This document shows, one piece after another, positions 8,380 through 16,393 of a stretch of DNA of 64,000 nt (position 1 is its first letter; every line of letters starts with the position of its first letter). Source of the DNA: Planctomycetota bacterium (GTDB lineage Bacteria > Planctomycetota > UBA8742 > UBA2392); assembly GCA_020845475.1 (NCBI GenBank), contig JADLFN010000046.1:12997-76996 (forward strand). Direction: 5' to 3'. The notes below the pieces were generated by a model. It searched no databases and was not told where the DNA came from. It saw nothing but the letters and a program-made list of their open reading frames with translations. A program made the translations under genes and the position numbers.

Positions 8380-8471
8380 GGAGCCTCGCGTTTCGTCTCA
8401 CAGTTATACGAAACGCCTGCGGCGGCGCGGAGTTCATTCGTTGTGCTAAACTGGGCGCAGGGAGAACTGCC

Positions 8472-8840
8472 ATGGCCTCGCCCGACTACAAAATGAATAT
8501 GGACGTGAAGTTTGACTTTCTCCAGCTTGTGGACGTGGACAAGCTGCAGAAGGCCGCCACGCCCTGGTTCAACCAGACGCTCGTAAAGGTAAATGATTGC
8601 GTGGTGCGGCTAGGCGTGATCGAGGGCGAGTTCCACTGGCACAAGCACGACAACGAGGACGAGTTTTTCTACGTAGTGGACGGAGAGCTCTGGATCGATG
8701 TCGAAGGCAAAGAGAGCGTGCTCTTGAAACCCCAACAGGGCTACAACGTGCCGCGCGGCATTGTGCACAGAACGCGCGCACCCAAGCGCACGGCCATGCT
8801 GATGATTGAGAAGAGTTCAGTGAAGCCGACGGGCGATTAG
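8472..8840 (+). CDS. cupin domain protein
   Basis: GEFHWHKHDNEDEFFYVVDGEL...GYNVPRGIVHRT, a two-motif cupin signature. Confidence 0.8.
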   Translation: MASPDYKMNMDVKFDFLQLVDVDKLQKAATPWFNQTLVKVNDCVVRLGVIEGEFHWHKHDNEDEFFYVVDGELWIDVEGKESVLLKPQQGYNVPRGIVHRTRAPKRTAMLMIEKSSVKPTGD

Positions 8841-8855
8841 ATGCCTGTCTTGCGC

Positions 8856-9293
8856 TTAGGGCCGGATCCAACCCAAGATTATGTCTCTTTCATCGACCAC
8901 GATTGCCCAACTCGTATCGCTCGGTGAGAATGTCTGGATATCAGGAAGGACGCCCACAATCTGGCGGATGGCATAAGCCGCTTGCGAGTCGGAGTTCGAT
9001 TTCCAGCGGATCTTGCGGAAATACTTGTCGTCGGTTTCTGACCGCCACTGTTCAATCTCGGCGGGATTGCGGGCGATGAAACTCTCTTTCAGCCGCTCGA
9101 GGTTGTCCGTCGTGTAGCCTCGAAGCGTGCGCAGCAGGGCGCTGAACGTTCTTGGCTCTTCCGCCAAGGCATTTTCCATGTCAGAAGTAGTGAGGGCTTC
9201 AGACCCAGTAAACGCGCAAGCAGTGAGGCTGCAAAGAAGGGTCAGCATGAACGCAAAGGTGGCTAAACGGCAGAGCAAGCTGCACCCCCTCAC
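8856..9293 (-). CDS. putative lipoprotein, hypothetical
   Basis: N-terminal hydrophobic segment with lipobox LCSLTAC. No other motif. Confidence 0.6.
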   Translation of the reverse strand: MRGCSLLCRLATFAFMLTLLCSLTACAFTGSEALTTSDMENALAEEPRTFSALLRTLRGYTTDNLERLKESFIARNPAEIEQWRSETDDKYFRKIRWKSNSDSQAAYAIRQIVGVLPDIQTFSPSDTSWAIVVDERDIILGWIRP

Positions 9294-9322
9294 GTCAATT
9301 GCGTTGATACTCCCAAACGCCT

Positions 9323-9505
9323 TTAGGCGGCGGACTTGCGCCGCGAGGCGAACATCTTCTTCACGAATTTCTTGCCCAGCACCTCAGCTTCTTTGAGCAC
9401 TTCTTTTTTTTCCTGCATGGTCATGGAATTCCACCAGCGGTTGCGAGCGTGGTTGTAAGTCTCGCCTGGCTTCCAATCGATCTTCTTTTCTGACTTCTTA
9501 GCCAT
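9323..9505 (-). CDS. small Lys-rich protein (60 aa), candidate partner of the PIN gene
   Basis: MAKKSEKKIDWKPGETYNHARNRWWNSMTMQEKKEVLKEAEVLGKKFVKKMFASRRKSAA. The ATG at 9505 overlaps the PIN stop codon (9498-9500) by 8 nt. The upstream part of ORF 9323..9667 overlaps the PIN gene and was discarded. Confidence 0.45.
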   Translation of the reverse strand: MAKKSEKKIDWKPGETYNHARNRWWNSMTMQEKKEVLKEAEVLGKKFVKKMFASRRKSAA

Positions 9506-10001
9506 GACCAATAATCTCCGCGTGCCATTGTAACAATGAAACGGCCCGAAGTGCGCCCAGTTCGTTTTCGTACGCCTTCGCTTGTTCAACGGCGAACGCA
9601 TGCAGCTTCGCAACAAAATTGCTCTCTTCCGCACTAACGATGTACTCCGCACCCATTGATGCTGCAATCAAGGCATGCAAAGCATCTGCTTCATCTAGTG
9701 AAACTCGCTTGGCGAGCACGATTGCGGGCTCCAAGAGATCGTCGAAGTTGAACATGGTCCGATAAACATGACGGGGTTGTGGAATTACGCGTTCAATTCT
9801 CTTGCGGACAAGCTCATTCCTGAATCCCATTATCTCGCGATCCACCAAACCGGAGTGGACCAAACGCAACATGCCCAGCCTTACGAATCCAAGTAGGCTC
9901 TGGGCTTCGGCGGCCAGTCTACGTTGGTGCGCGTCACCGCCTCGAGAGGCGGCGTAACCGTAAACGTTGCTATCAAGATAGAAAATCGAACCCAGCGGCA
10001 T
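9498..10001 (-). CDS. PIN-domain protein (VapC-like nuclease fold)
   Basis: IFYLDSNVY (first acidic motif), ..DREI.., EADALHALIAASMGAEYIVSAEESNF (PIN C-terminal motifs, with the last Asp replaced by Glu). Region visibly more AT-rich than its neighbours. Confidence 0.65.
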   Translation of the reverse strand: MPLGSIFYLDSNVYGYAASRGGDAHQRRLAAEAQSLLGFVRLGMLRLVHSGLVDREIMGFRNELVRKRIERVIPQPRHVYRTMFNFDDLLEPAIVLAKRVSLDEADALHALIAASMGAEYIVSAEESNFVAKLHAFAVEQAKAYENELGALRAVSLLQWHAEIIGHG

Positions 10002-10010
10002 CTCTAACCC

Positions 10011-11357
10011 TTACTTCGCCAGCAGCTCCTTCTCGATGTAGCTGGTGTGCACGGTGCCATCGATGAAACGTTTGTCGTTCATGATGCGCAGGTGCAGGGG
10101 TGCGGTGGTCTTGACGCCCTCGACGCGGAGCTCGGTGAGCGCGCGCTTCATACGGGCGATGGCCTGCGTTCTGTCGGGCGCGAACACCAGCAGCTTGCCG
10201 ATCATTGAATCGTACGTCGGCGGAATCGTGTAGCCCGCTTCGATGTGCGAATCCCAGCGCACGCCAGGCCCGCCGGGGATGAACACGCGCGTGATCTTGC
10301 CGGGGCAGGGGCGGAAATCGTTGTCCGGATCCTCGGCGTTGATGCGGCATTCAATCGCGTGGCCGCGCACTTCGACATCTTTTTGCGAGAAGGGCAATTT
10401 CTCGCCCGCCGCAGCCATGATCTGGGCGCGGATCAGGTCCGTGCGCGTCACGAGTTCGCTCACCGGGTGCTCCACCTGGATGCGCGTGTTCACTTCCATG
10501 AAGTAGAAGTTGTTCTTCGCATCAACCAGGAATTCGCACGTGCCCGCCGTGGTGTAATTCGCGGCCTTCGCCAGCGTCAGCGCGGCTTCGCCCATTTTCT
10601 TGCGCAGCTCGGCGGTCATGATCGGCGAGGGCGCTTCTTCGACAAGCTTCTGGTGGCGGCGCTGCAAGCTGCAGTCGCGCTCGCCGCAGTAAACGAAGTT
10701 GCCGTGCGTGTCCACGATCATCTGGATTTCAACGTGGCGCGGGCGCTCAAGATATTTCTCGACGTAAACGCTGTCATCCTTGAACGCGATTGAGGCTTCG
10801 CTCTTGGCCTGCAAGAATCCCTGCACGAGCGCGATTTCGTTGTGCGCCACGCGCATGCCGCGCCCGCCGCCGCCGGCGGCCGCCTTGACGATCACGGGGT
10901 AGCCGATGTTGTTGGCAATCTCGACGGCCTGCTCTTCGCTTTCGACGTTCTCTTTCACGCCCGGCAACATGGGCACACCCACGCGGCCCGCGACTTCGCG
11001 CGCGGACGTTTTGTTGCCGAGCAGGCGAATACTTTCAGGCGAAGGGCCAATGAACGCGATGCCGGAGCTGCGGCAGACTTCCGCAAAATGCGCGTTCTCG
11101 CTCAGGAAGCCGTAGCCGGGGTGGATGGCGTCAACGTCAGTCACCTCGGCGGCGCTCATGATGCGCGAGATATCGAGGTAACTCTTGGCGCTGGGCGCGG
11201 GGCCGATGCACACGGCCTGGTCGGCCAGCTCAAGGTAAGGCGCGCCACGGTCGGCTTCGGAGTAAATGCACACGCAGGCAATGCCCATCTCGCGGCAGGC
11301 GCGAATGATGCGCAGGGCGATTTCACCACGGTTGGCAATGAGGATTTTTGAGAACAT
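10011..11357 (-). CDS. accC: acetyl-CoA carboxylase, biotin carboxylase subunit
   Basis: MFSKILIANRGEIALRIIRACREMGI..., full-length ATP-grasp biotin carboxylase, 448 aa. Confidence 0.97.
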   Translation of the reverse strand: MFSKILIANRGEIALRIIRACREMGIACVCIYSEADRGAPYLELADQAVCIGPAPSAKSYLDISRIMSAAEVTDVDAIHPGYGFLSENAHFAEVCRSSGIAFIGPSPESIRLLGNKTSAREVAGRVGVPMLPGVKENVESEEQAVEIANNIGYPVIVKAAAGGGGRGMRVAHNEIALVQGFLQAKSEASIAFKDDSVYVEKYLERPRHVEIQMIVDTHGNFVYCGERDCSLQRRHQKLVEEAPSPIMTAELRKKMGEAALTLAKAANYTTAGTCEFLVDAKNNFYFMEVNTRIQVEHPVSELVTRTDLIRAQIMAAAGEKLPFSQKDVEVRGHAIECRINAEDPDNDFRPCPGKITRVFIPGGPGVRWDSHIEAGYTIPPTYDSMIGKLLVFAPDRTQAIARMKRALTELRVEGVKTTAPLHLRIMNDKRFIDGTVHTSYIEKELLAK

Positions 11358-11363
11358 GGGGTA

Positions 11364-11391
11364 GGTCGTCGGTAGTCGGTCTTCGGTCGTC
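11364..11391. repeat. heptad array GGTCGTC GGTAGTC GGTCTTC GGTCGTC (left arm of the inverted repeat bracketing the four-helix-bundle gene)
   Basis: Four tandem 7-nt units. The reverse complement matches 11813-11840 at 24 of 28 positions. Confidence 0.85.
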
Positions 11392-11406
11392 AGTACACTT
11401 CTGCGA

Positions 11407-11793
11407 TCATCTCTCTTGGGCCAGTTTTTTCTCCTGCCAGCGGATCAGCCCATTCAGCAGGCGGCCGACGGTACTGCACATCTCCTTCGCACCTTCAAAG
11501 CCAGTCGCGCCCACATACCCAAGCCGATGCGCGATGAAGAGTTGTGTCTCAACCTCCATCAGTGAGCCATAAGCAATATTCAAGTGCCTCAGGAACTCCC
11601 TGCCGGAACCCGATTGCGCTCGTCCTTGACCCTCACTCACGTTTGACGGAATCGAAACGGCCGCGCGACGAATCTGAGAGGTCAGGCCGTAAAGTTCTGT
11701 CTTCGGCCAAGTCTGGGACGCACGATAGATCAGCTCCACCAACTCAATTGCCTTCTGCCAAGCCTCCAGGTCTTGATGAGATTTCGCTGTCAT
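11407..11793 (-). CDS. four-helix-bundle protein (23S rRNA intervening-sequence protein family)
   Basis: MTAKSHQDLEAWQKAIELVELIY...QIRRAAVSIPSNVSEGQGR...EFLRHLNIAYGSLMEVETQL is the family signature. Start moved to ATG 11793; the ORF-track extension to 11976 overlaps accB. Confidence 0.85.
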   Translation of the reverse strand: MTAKSHQDLEAWQKAIELVELIYRASQTWPKTELYGLTSQIRRAAVSIPSNVSEGQGRAQSGSGREFLRHLNIAYGSLMEVETQLFIAHRLGYVGATGFEGAKEMCSTVGRLLNGLIRWQEKKLAQER

Positions 11794-11812
11794 AAAGCAG
11801 CCTGTCTTTTCC

Positions 11813-11840
11813 GATGACCGACGACCGGCTACTGACGACC
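11813..11840. repeat. heptad array GATGACC GACGACC GGCTACT GACGACC (right arm)
   Basis: Four tandem 7-nt units complementary to 11364-11391 (24/28). Confidence 0.85.
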
Positions 11841-11843
11841 GCG

Positions 11844-12302
11844 TTACGCCGGCTTCACCAAAAACAGCGGCTGGCCGTATTCGACCGACTGCCCGTTCTC
11901 GACCAGAATCGCGGCGATCGTGCCTTCCATTTCCGCCTTGATCTCGTTGAACACCTTCATGGCCTCGATCATGCACACCGTGGTGTCCTTGTTCACGGCG
12001 TCGCCTTCTTCCACATAGCTGGGCGCTTCGGGGTTGGCCGCGCGGTAGAACGTGCCCACCATCGGGCTCTTGATCGCGATCGTGCCCGCCGGCTGCGCGG
12101 CCGCCGCAGGTGCGGCCTGAGCCGCCTGGCCCGCCGCCGGCGCAGGTACGGCCGCCATGGGCGCCATGGCGGGCATCACGCGCATGCCGCCGTCGTATTT
12201 CTTTTTCAGGCGGATCTTCTTGGCGTCTTCGACCAGCTCGACTTCGAGCAGGTCGTTCTTGTTCATCAGTTCAATGAGACGATTAATCTCGTCCAGGTCC
12301 AT
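11844..12302 (-). CDS. accB: acetyl-CoA carboxylase biotin carboxyl carrier protein
   Basis: Ala/Pro linker followed by ...VCMIEAMKVFNEIKAE (biotinyl-Lys motif EAMK). Confidence 0.95.
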   Translation of the reverse strand: MDLDEINRLIELMNKNDLLEVELVEDAKKIRLKKKYDGGMRVMPAMAPMAAVPAPAAGQAAQAAPAAAAQPAGTIAIKSPMVGTFYRAANPEAPSYVEEGDAVNKDTTVCMIEAMKVFNEIKAEMEGTIAAILVENGQSVEYGQPLFLVKPA

Positions 12303-12430
12303 GGTAAGCCTTTCGGAACAGGGCGCGGACTGTAGCGCCCACTAACCCATGCGGCAAGAGCGTAGGTTTTCCTGCCCACAAAGCCGCAATCCAGCGTTTA
12401 ATGGGCCGGGACCACCTAACCGAGGATTTC

Positions 12431-14728
12431 GTGAAACGCACTCTTTTTGCCGCCGGCCTTGCCGCCGTGATTGCCCTGTGCCTGACCATCTCCAGCAGCG
12501 CCCAGGAACAACCCAAACCCGCCGAGCCCACGCCCGAGCAGCCCAAACTCGCCCCCGTACCCACGGGAGAGAAAACCGCCCAGGGCCTGAAGTTCACGGT
12601 GCCATACAAGCGCGGCGAGGGCAGCCTGGTATTCTCGCGCCAGAACGGCTATCTGCGCGTGGATGCCGACGTGCGCCTGCTTTACAACGCAGGCGACGGC
12701 CAGCGCAGCACCGGCAGCGGCGTGGCGCTTGCGCTTTCGGTGGACGGTAACAACGGTCGTATCCTCGTGAGTTACCCGTCGCCCCTGTGGTTTTTCGCGC
12801 AGCAGCCGCCGCCGTTCCGCCTTGAAAAGTCCTACTCCAAGACCAGCGATCCTTCCACGATCGCCTCGGGCAATTCTTTTGCCGCCCAGAGCAGCCTCAA
12901 CTTTCTCGATCACTGGACAACCACTTTCTGGGTTCAGTTGCCGCGCGTGATCATTCCCGGCAACACCCCGGATTTTCCGGCCGATGTCTGGCGCGCCGCG
13001 TTCCATGCCGGCGACGAATCCATGCACCAGACGCTGCCCGAGGGCGTGCACGTTCAAAATCCTGCGCAAGCGCCCGAGCGCATGATCACGTTCAGATTCA
13101 GCGAGTTGCCCGAGCGCGAGAAACTCGCCGAAGACCCGATTGCCGCCGTCAACAAGCGCGAGGAGAGCATTCACAAAGAGGTAATGTCCATTCTCCAGTT
13201 GGTCATGCTGCCGCGCAACGCAAGCCAGGCCGATATCGACGCCGCATTCGTAAAAGTGCTCAATGCCTGCAAAGCGCTGTCCAAGACCTACCCGGACCTG
13301 CTTCTTGCGCGCCACATTGCCTGGCAGTTCGCGCTGCGCATGGTGGGCAAGGCCGAGGTTGATCCCATTGCACTACTCAAGGATTACGTGGATGCCTGCC
13401 CCAGCCAGTGGAACATCCAGACCACCTACATTGATTCGCTGATCAACGCCGGGCGCAAGGAAGACGCGCTCAAGCGCATGCGCGAGCTGCTTGAAAGCGG
13501 CCTGGGCAAGGGCTTCCCGCCCGCCGAGGTGCGGCTCAAGCTAGATCTCGCGCCGCGCTTTGTCGATGCCGGCGAAGTCGAAACGGCCATGTCGCTTTAT
13601 GAGTCAGCGCTGGGCAGCGAAGTGCTCAAAACCGACCTGCTCATGCGGCTGCGCGCGCACGCGGGTGCGGCCAACATCGCCGCCAAGCTGGGCAAAACCG
13701 AGCTCGAGCAAAAGCTCATGGAAATGCCGCAGGCCGAGCCCGCCCTGAGTTTCAACGACGTGCGCCCGCTCGTTGAATACACGCGCATGCTGTTCCGCAT
13801 CGGCTATGAAGATTACGCAATCCGCGCAGTGCGGATTTTGTGCAAGTCCAAGTGGCTCGCGGGCAACCCGGGCGTGCTGGCGCAAACCCAGATTGACTGC
13901 GCCGATGGCCCCAGCCCCAAACCCGAAGATGTTGACGGCCTGCTCGACACCAACTACGGCGCACCTTTGGCCTATGAACTGTTCGAAGCCGCGCTGAATA
14001 GCGGCGCCTTCAAAGATAAAGACATGGCCCGCTTTGGCTGTTATGTGGGTATGGCGCGCGCCATGGAAGCGCAGGGTGATTTCAAGGGCGCGATTGCCGT
14101 GTACAACAAATTGCTGGAGACGGAGAAGGCCAAGCTCACCGCTGAACAGGCAGCGGGGGTAAAACAGTTGATGGATTTTCAGTCCAAGGGCCTGGCACAG
14201 TGGGAGGACGAGCAGAAGTACCTCGCCGAGGACGCCCAGAAGAAGAACCCTGTGCTCACGCTCGAAACCACCAAGGGCACGATTGTCGTTGAGCTGTTCG
14301 AGGATGACGCGCCCAACACCGTTGCCAGCATCGTGAGCCTGACCCAGAAAAAGTTCTACGACGGCCTGACCTTCCACCGCTTCGTTTCAAGCTTCGTGAT
14401 CCAGGGCGGCGACCCTTCCGGCGACGGCACAGGAGGGGCAGGCTACGCGCTCAAGAGTGAGGTCAGCCGCCGCAACCACTTCATGGGCAGTTTCGCCATG
14501 GCCTGCTCAAGGCCGCGTGCCAACACCGAGGGCAGCCAATTCTACATCTGTACCTCTAACGGCCCCAACGTGCTCAACCTCAGCGGCAATTACGTGGTGG
14601 CCGGGCGCGTGGTCAAGGGCCTCGACGTAGCGCAGCGCCTGCGTGCGGGCGACCGCATGACCAAGGTGACGGTCGATAACCTGCGCGACCATGAATACAA
14701 ACCCCAGACGCTGCCTTCCGGAAAATAG
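12431..14728 (+). CDS. secreted helical-repeat protein with C-terminal cyclophilin-type peptidyl-prolyl isomerase domain
   Basis: C-terminal FHRFVSSFVIQGGDPSGDGTGG...GSFAMA...TEGSQFYI cyclophilin motifs. GTG 12431 (VKRTLFAAGLAAVIALCLTISSSAQE signal peptide) follows gaggattt. The ORF track starts at 12401. Confidence 0.85.
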   Translation: MKRTLFAAGLAAVIALCLTISSSAQEQPKPAEPTPEQPKLAPVPTGEKTAQGLKFTVPYKRGEGSLVFSRQNGYLRVDADVRLLYNAGDGQRSTGSGVALALSVDGNNGRILVSYPSPLWFFAQQPPPFRLEKSYSKTSDPSTIASGNSFAAQSSLNFLDHWTTTFWVQLPRVIIPGNTPDFPADVWRAAFHAGDESMHQTLPEGVHVQNPAQAPERMITFRFSELPEREKLAEDPIAAVNKREESIHKEVMSILQLVMLPRNASQADIDAAFVKVLNACKALSKTYPDLLLARHIAWQFALRMVGKAEVDPIALLKDYVDACPSQWNIQTTYIDSLINAGRKEDALKRMRELLESGLGKGFPPAEVRLKLDLAPRFVDAGEVETAMSLYESALGSEVLKTDLLMRLRAHAGAANIAAKLGKTELEQKLMEMPQAEPALSFNDVRPLVEYTRMLFRIGYEDYAIRAVRILCKSKWLAGNPGVLAQTQIDCADGPSPKPEDVDGLLDTNYGAPLAYELFEAALNSGAFKDKDMARFGCYVGMARAMEAQGDFKGAIAVYNKLLETEKAKLTAEQAAGVKQLMDFQSKGLAQWEDEQKYLAEDAQKKNPVLTLETTKGTIVVELFEDDAPNTVASIVSLTQKKFYDGLTFHRFVSSFVIQGGDPSGDGTGGAGYALKSEVSRRNHFMGSFAMACSRPRANTEGSQFYICTSNGPNVLNLSGNYVVAGRVVKGLDVAQRLRAGDRMTKVTVDNLRDHEYKPQTLPSGK

Positions 14729-14779
14729 GAAATTCCGCGCGGCCTTTTGCTAATCAGGTTTGACCCTACGGAGAATGCC

Positions 14780-15457
14780 ATGCTGACCAAAGCCACGCTC
14801 GCGTCGCTGCTTTCACTTGCCCTGCTCGCCTGTGCCGCGCCCAGTATCAGGGCCGAGGATCCGCCGGCCACCAAGGGCGACAATGCCACGCGCATCGCCG
14901 ACCTCGAAAAGGAAGTCGAGCAGCTCAAGAAAGATAAGGAAGCGCTGATCAAGCGACTTGCGGATTTCGAAAAGCGTCTGGCCAAGCTCGAGAAGGGTGG
15001 CGGCATCGGCGACATCAAGGCGACCAAGAATTTCGACGAAGCCATGGTGCAGCTCGACATCAGCGAGGCCGAGAAGAGCGCCATCCGTGACGCCATCAAG
15101 AAGTGCAAGAAGGCCCAGGTCGAAACGCTGGAGGTGCCCACCAAAGACAAGCGCATCATGGCTGAGGAACTGATCGACGTGTTCATCAAGATGCAGGACA
15201 GCCCGGACAAGGCGCAGCAGGAACTCCAGCAGTTGTTCATTTTCCTGAGCACCGAGAAGGTGCCCGGCGACGAAAAAGGCCGCACCTACGTGCAAGTGAT
15301 CGAGGATCACAAAAAGGTGATGCGCGCCGCGATCCAGAAAATCCTCTCGCCGGCTGACCAGCAGCGCCTGACCGCCTGCCACGGTGACTGGAGCGAGTTC
15401 GAACTGGGCGAGGACGATCCCTTCACGATTCTCTATATCGCGCGGATGAACAAGTAA
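14780..15457 (+). CDS. secreted coiled-coil protein, tandem paralogue 1
   Basis: Signal peptide MLTKATLASLLSLALLACAAPSIRA. The C-terminal ~150 aa align with the next gene (SEAEK..D.I.K.KK...LEVPT.D.R...E.ID.FIK...KVPGD..GRTY..IED.KK...IL.P.DQ..L...H.DW..F...DPF). Confidence 0.75.
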   Translation: MLTKATLASLLSLALLACAAPSIRAEDPPATKGDNATRIADLEKEVEQLKKDKEALIKRLADFEKRLAKLEKGGGIGDIKATKNFDEAMVQLDISEAEKSAIRDAIKKCKKAQVETLEVPTKDKRIMAEELIDVFIKMQDSPDKAQQELQQLFIFLSTEKVPGDEKGRTYVQVIEDHKKVMRAAIQKILSPADQQRLTACHGDWSEFELGEDDPFTILYIARMNK

Positions 15458-15469
15458 CCCGGAGAAGCC

Positions 15470-16372
15470 ATGCGCAAAGCCCTGCTGGTTGCATTGCTGC
15501 CGCTGACCCTTGCCGGCTGCCAAGATCAAAGCGAAGTGGACAACCTGCGCTCGCAGCTCGCCAAGACCAAACAGGAATTGGCCGACGCGCGCGAGGAATC
15601 GCGCTCTGACAAGTCAGAGCTGCAGGCACGCATCGCCCGCCTCGAAGCACGCCTGGGCAAAGACTCCGCACAGGCAGGCCAGCCCACGCTGCGCGAGGAA
15701 CTCGACGCGCTCAGAACCGAGGTCAGCGCGGCCAGGAACCCGGAAGAGAAAGCCGCGCTGGAAAAACGCATCGCAGCAGTTGAGGGCCGCGTGGAGAAGG
15801 TCAAAGACGAAGCCGTAGAAGAAGCCCGCAAGAACGTGCCGGCAGGCAGCACGCCCGCCATGGATGAAGACAAAATCGCCGAACTCGCGGCCAAGAAGAT
15901 CGCCGACTCGCAGCCGACCAAGGATTTCAGCCAGGCCATCGCCCGCCTCAACGCCAGCGAGGCCGAAAAGCAGGCCGTGAAGGACGAAATCATCAAGAGC
16001 AAGAAAGAGATGCTCGAACTGCTGGAAGTGCCTACCACCGACGGCCGGCGCTTTGGCGAAGAGATCATCGACATCTTCATCAAGGGCGCGGCTACTGGCG
16101 AGAAACAGGACGGCGCGTTCATGAATGTGCTGGCCGACCTAAACAACACTAAAGTACCCGGCGACTCACAAGGGCGCACCTACTTCCAGATGATCGAAGA
16201 CATCAAGAAGCGCAACCGCGAGAACGTCGGGCGCATCCTCAAGCCCGAGGATCAGGCCAAGCTCGATGCCGCGCACAAGGACTGGACGGATTTCGACGGC
16301 ATCGAGGGCGACCCGTTTACGGATCTCTACATGCAGCGCCTCAAGAAGTACCAGGAAGAGAACAAGAAGTAG
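15470..16372 (+). CDS. lipoprotein with coiled coil, tandem paralogue 2
   Basis: Lipobox LTLAGC. Long coiled coil, then the same conserved C-terminal domain as 14780..15457. Confidence 0.75.
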   Translation: MRKALLVALLPLTLAGCQDQSEVDNLRSQLAKTKQELADAREESRSDKSELQARIARLEARLGKDSAQAGQPTLREELDALRTEVSAARNPEEKAALEKRIAAVEGRVEKVKDEAVEEARKNVPAGSTPAMDEDKIAELAAKKIADSQPTKDFSQAIARLNASEAEKQAVKDEIIKSKKEMLELLEVPTTDGRRFGEEIIDIFIKGAATGEKQDGAFMNVLADLNNTKVPGDSQGRTYFQMIEDIKKRNRENVGRILKPEDQAKLDAAHKDWTDFDGIEGDPFTDLYMQRLKKYQEENKK

Positions 16373-16393
16373 CAGGCATTGTAAGCTGCTGCC

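Noticed and set aside
11794-11976. N-terminal extension of the four-helix-bundle ORF (track ORF 11407..11976)
   Set aside because: The extension is Arg/Gly-rich, overlaps the accB 3' end and the heptad array, and family homology starts only at the ATG at 11793.
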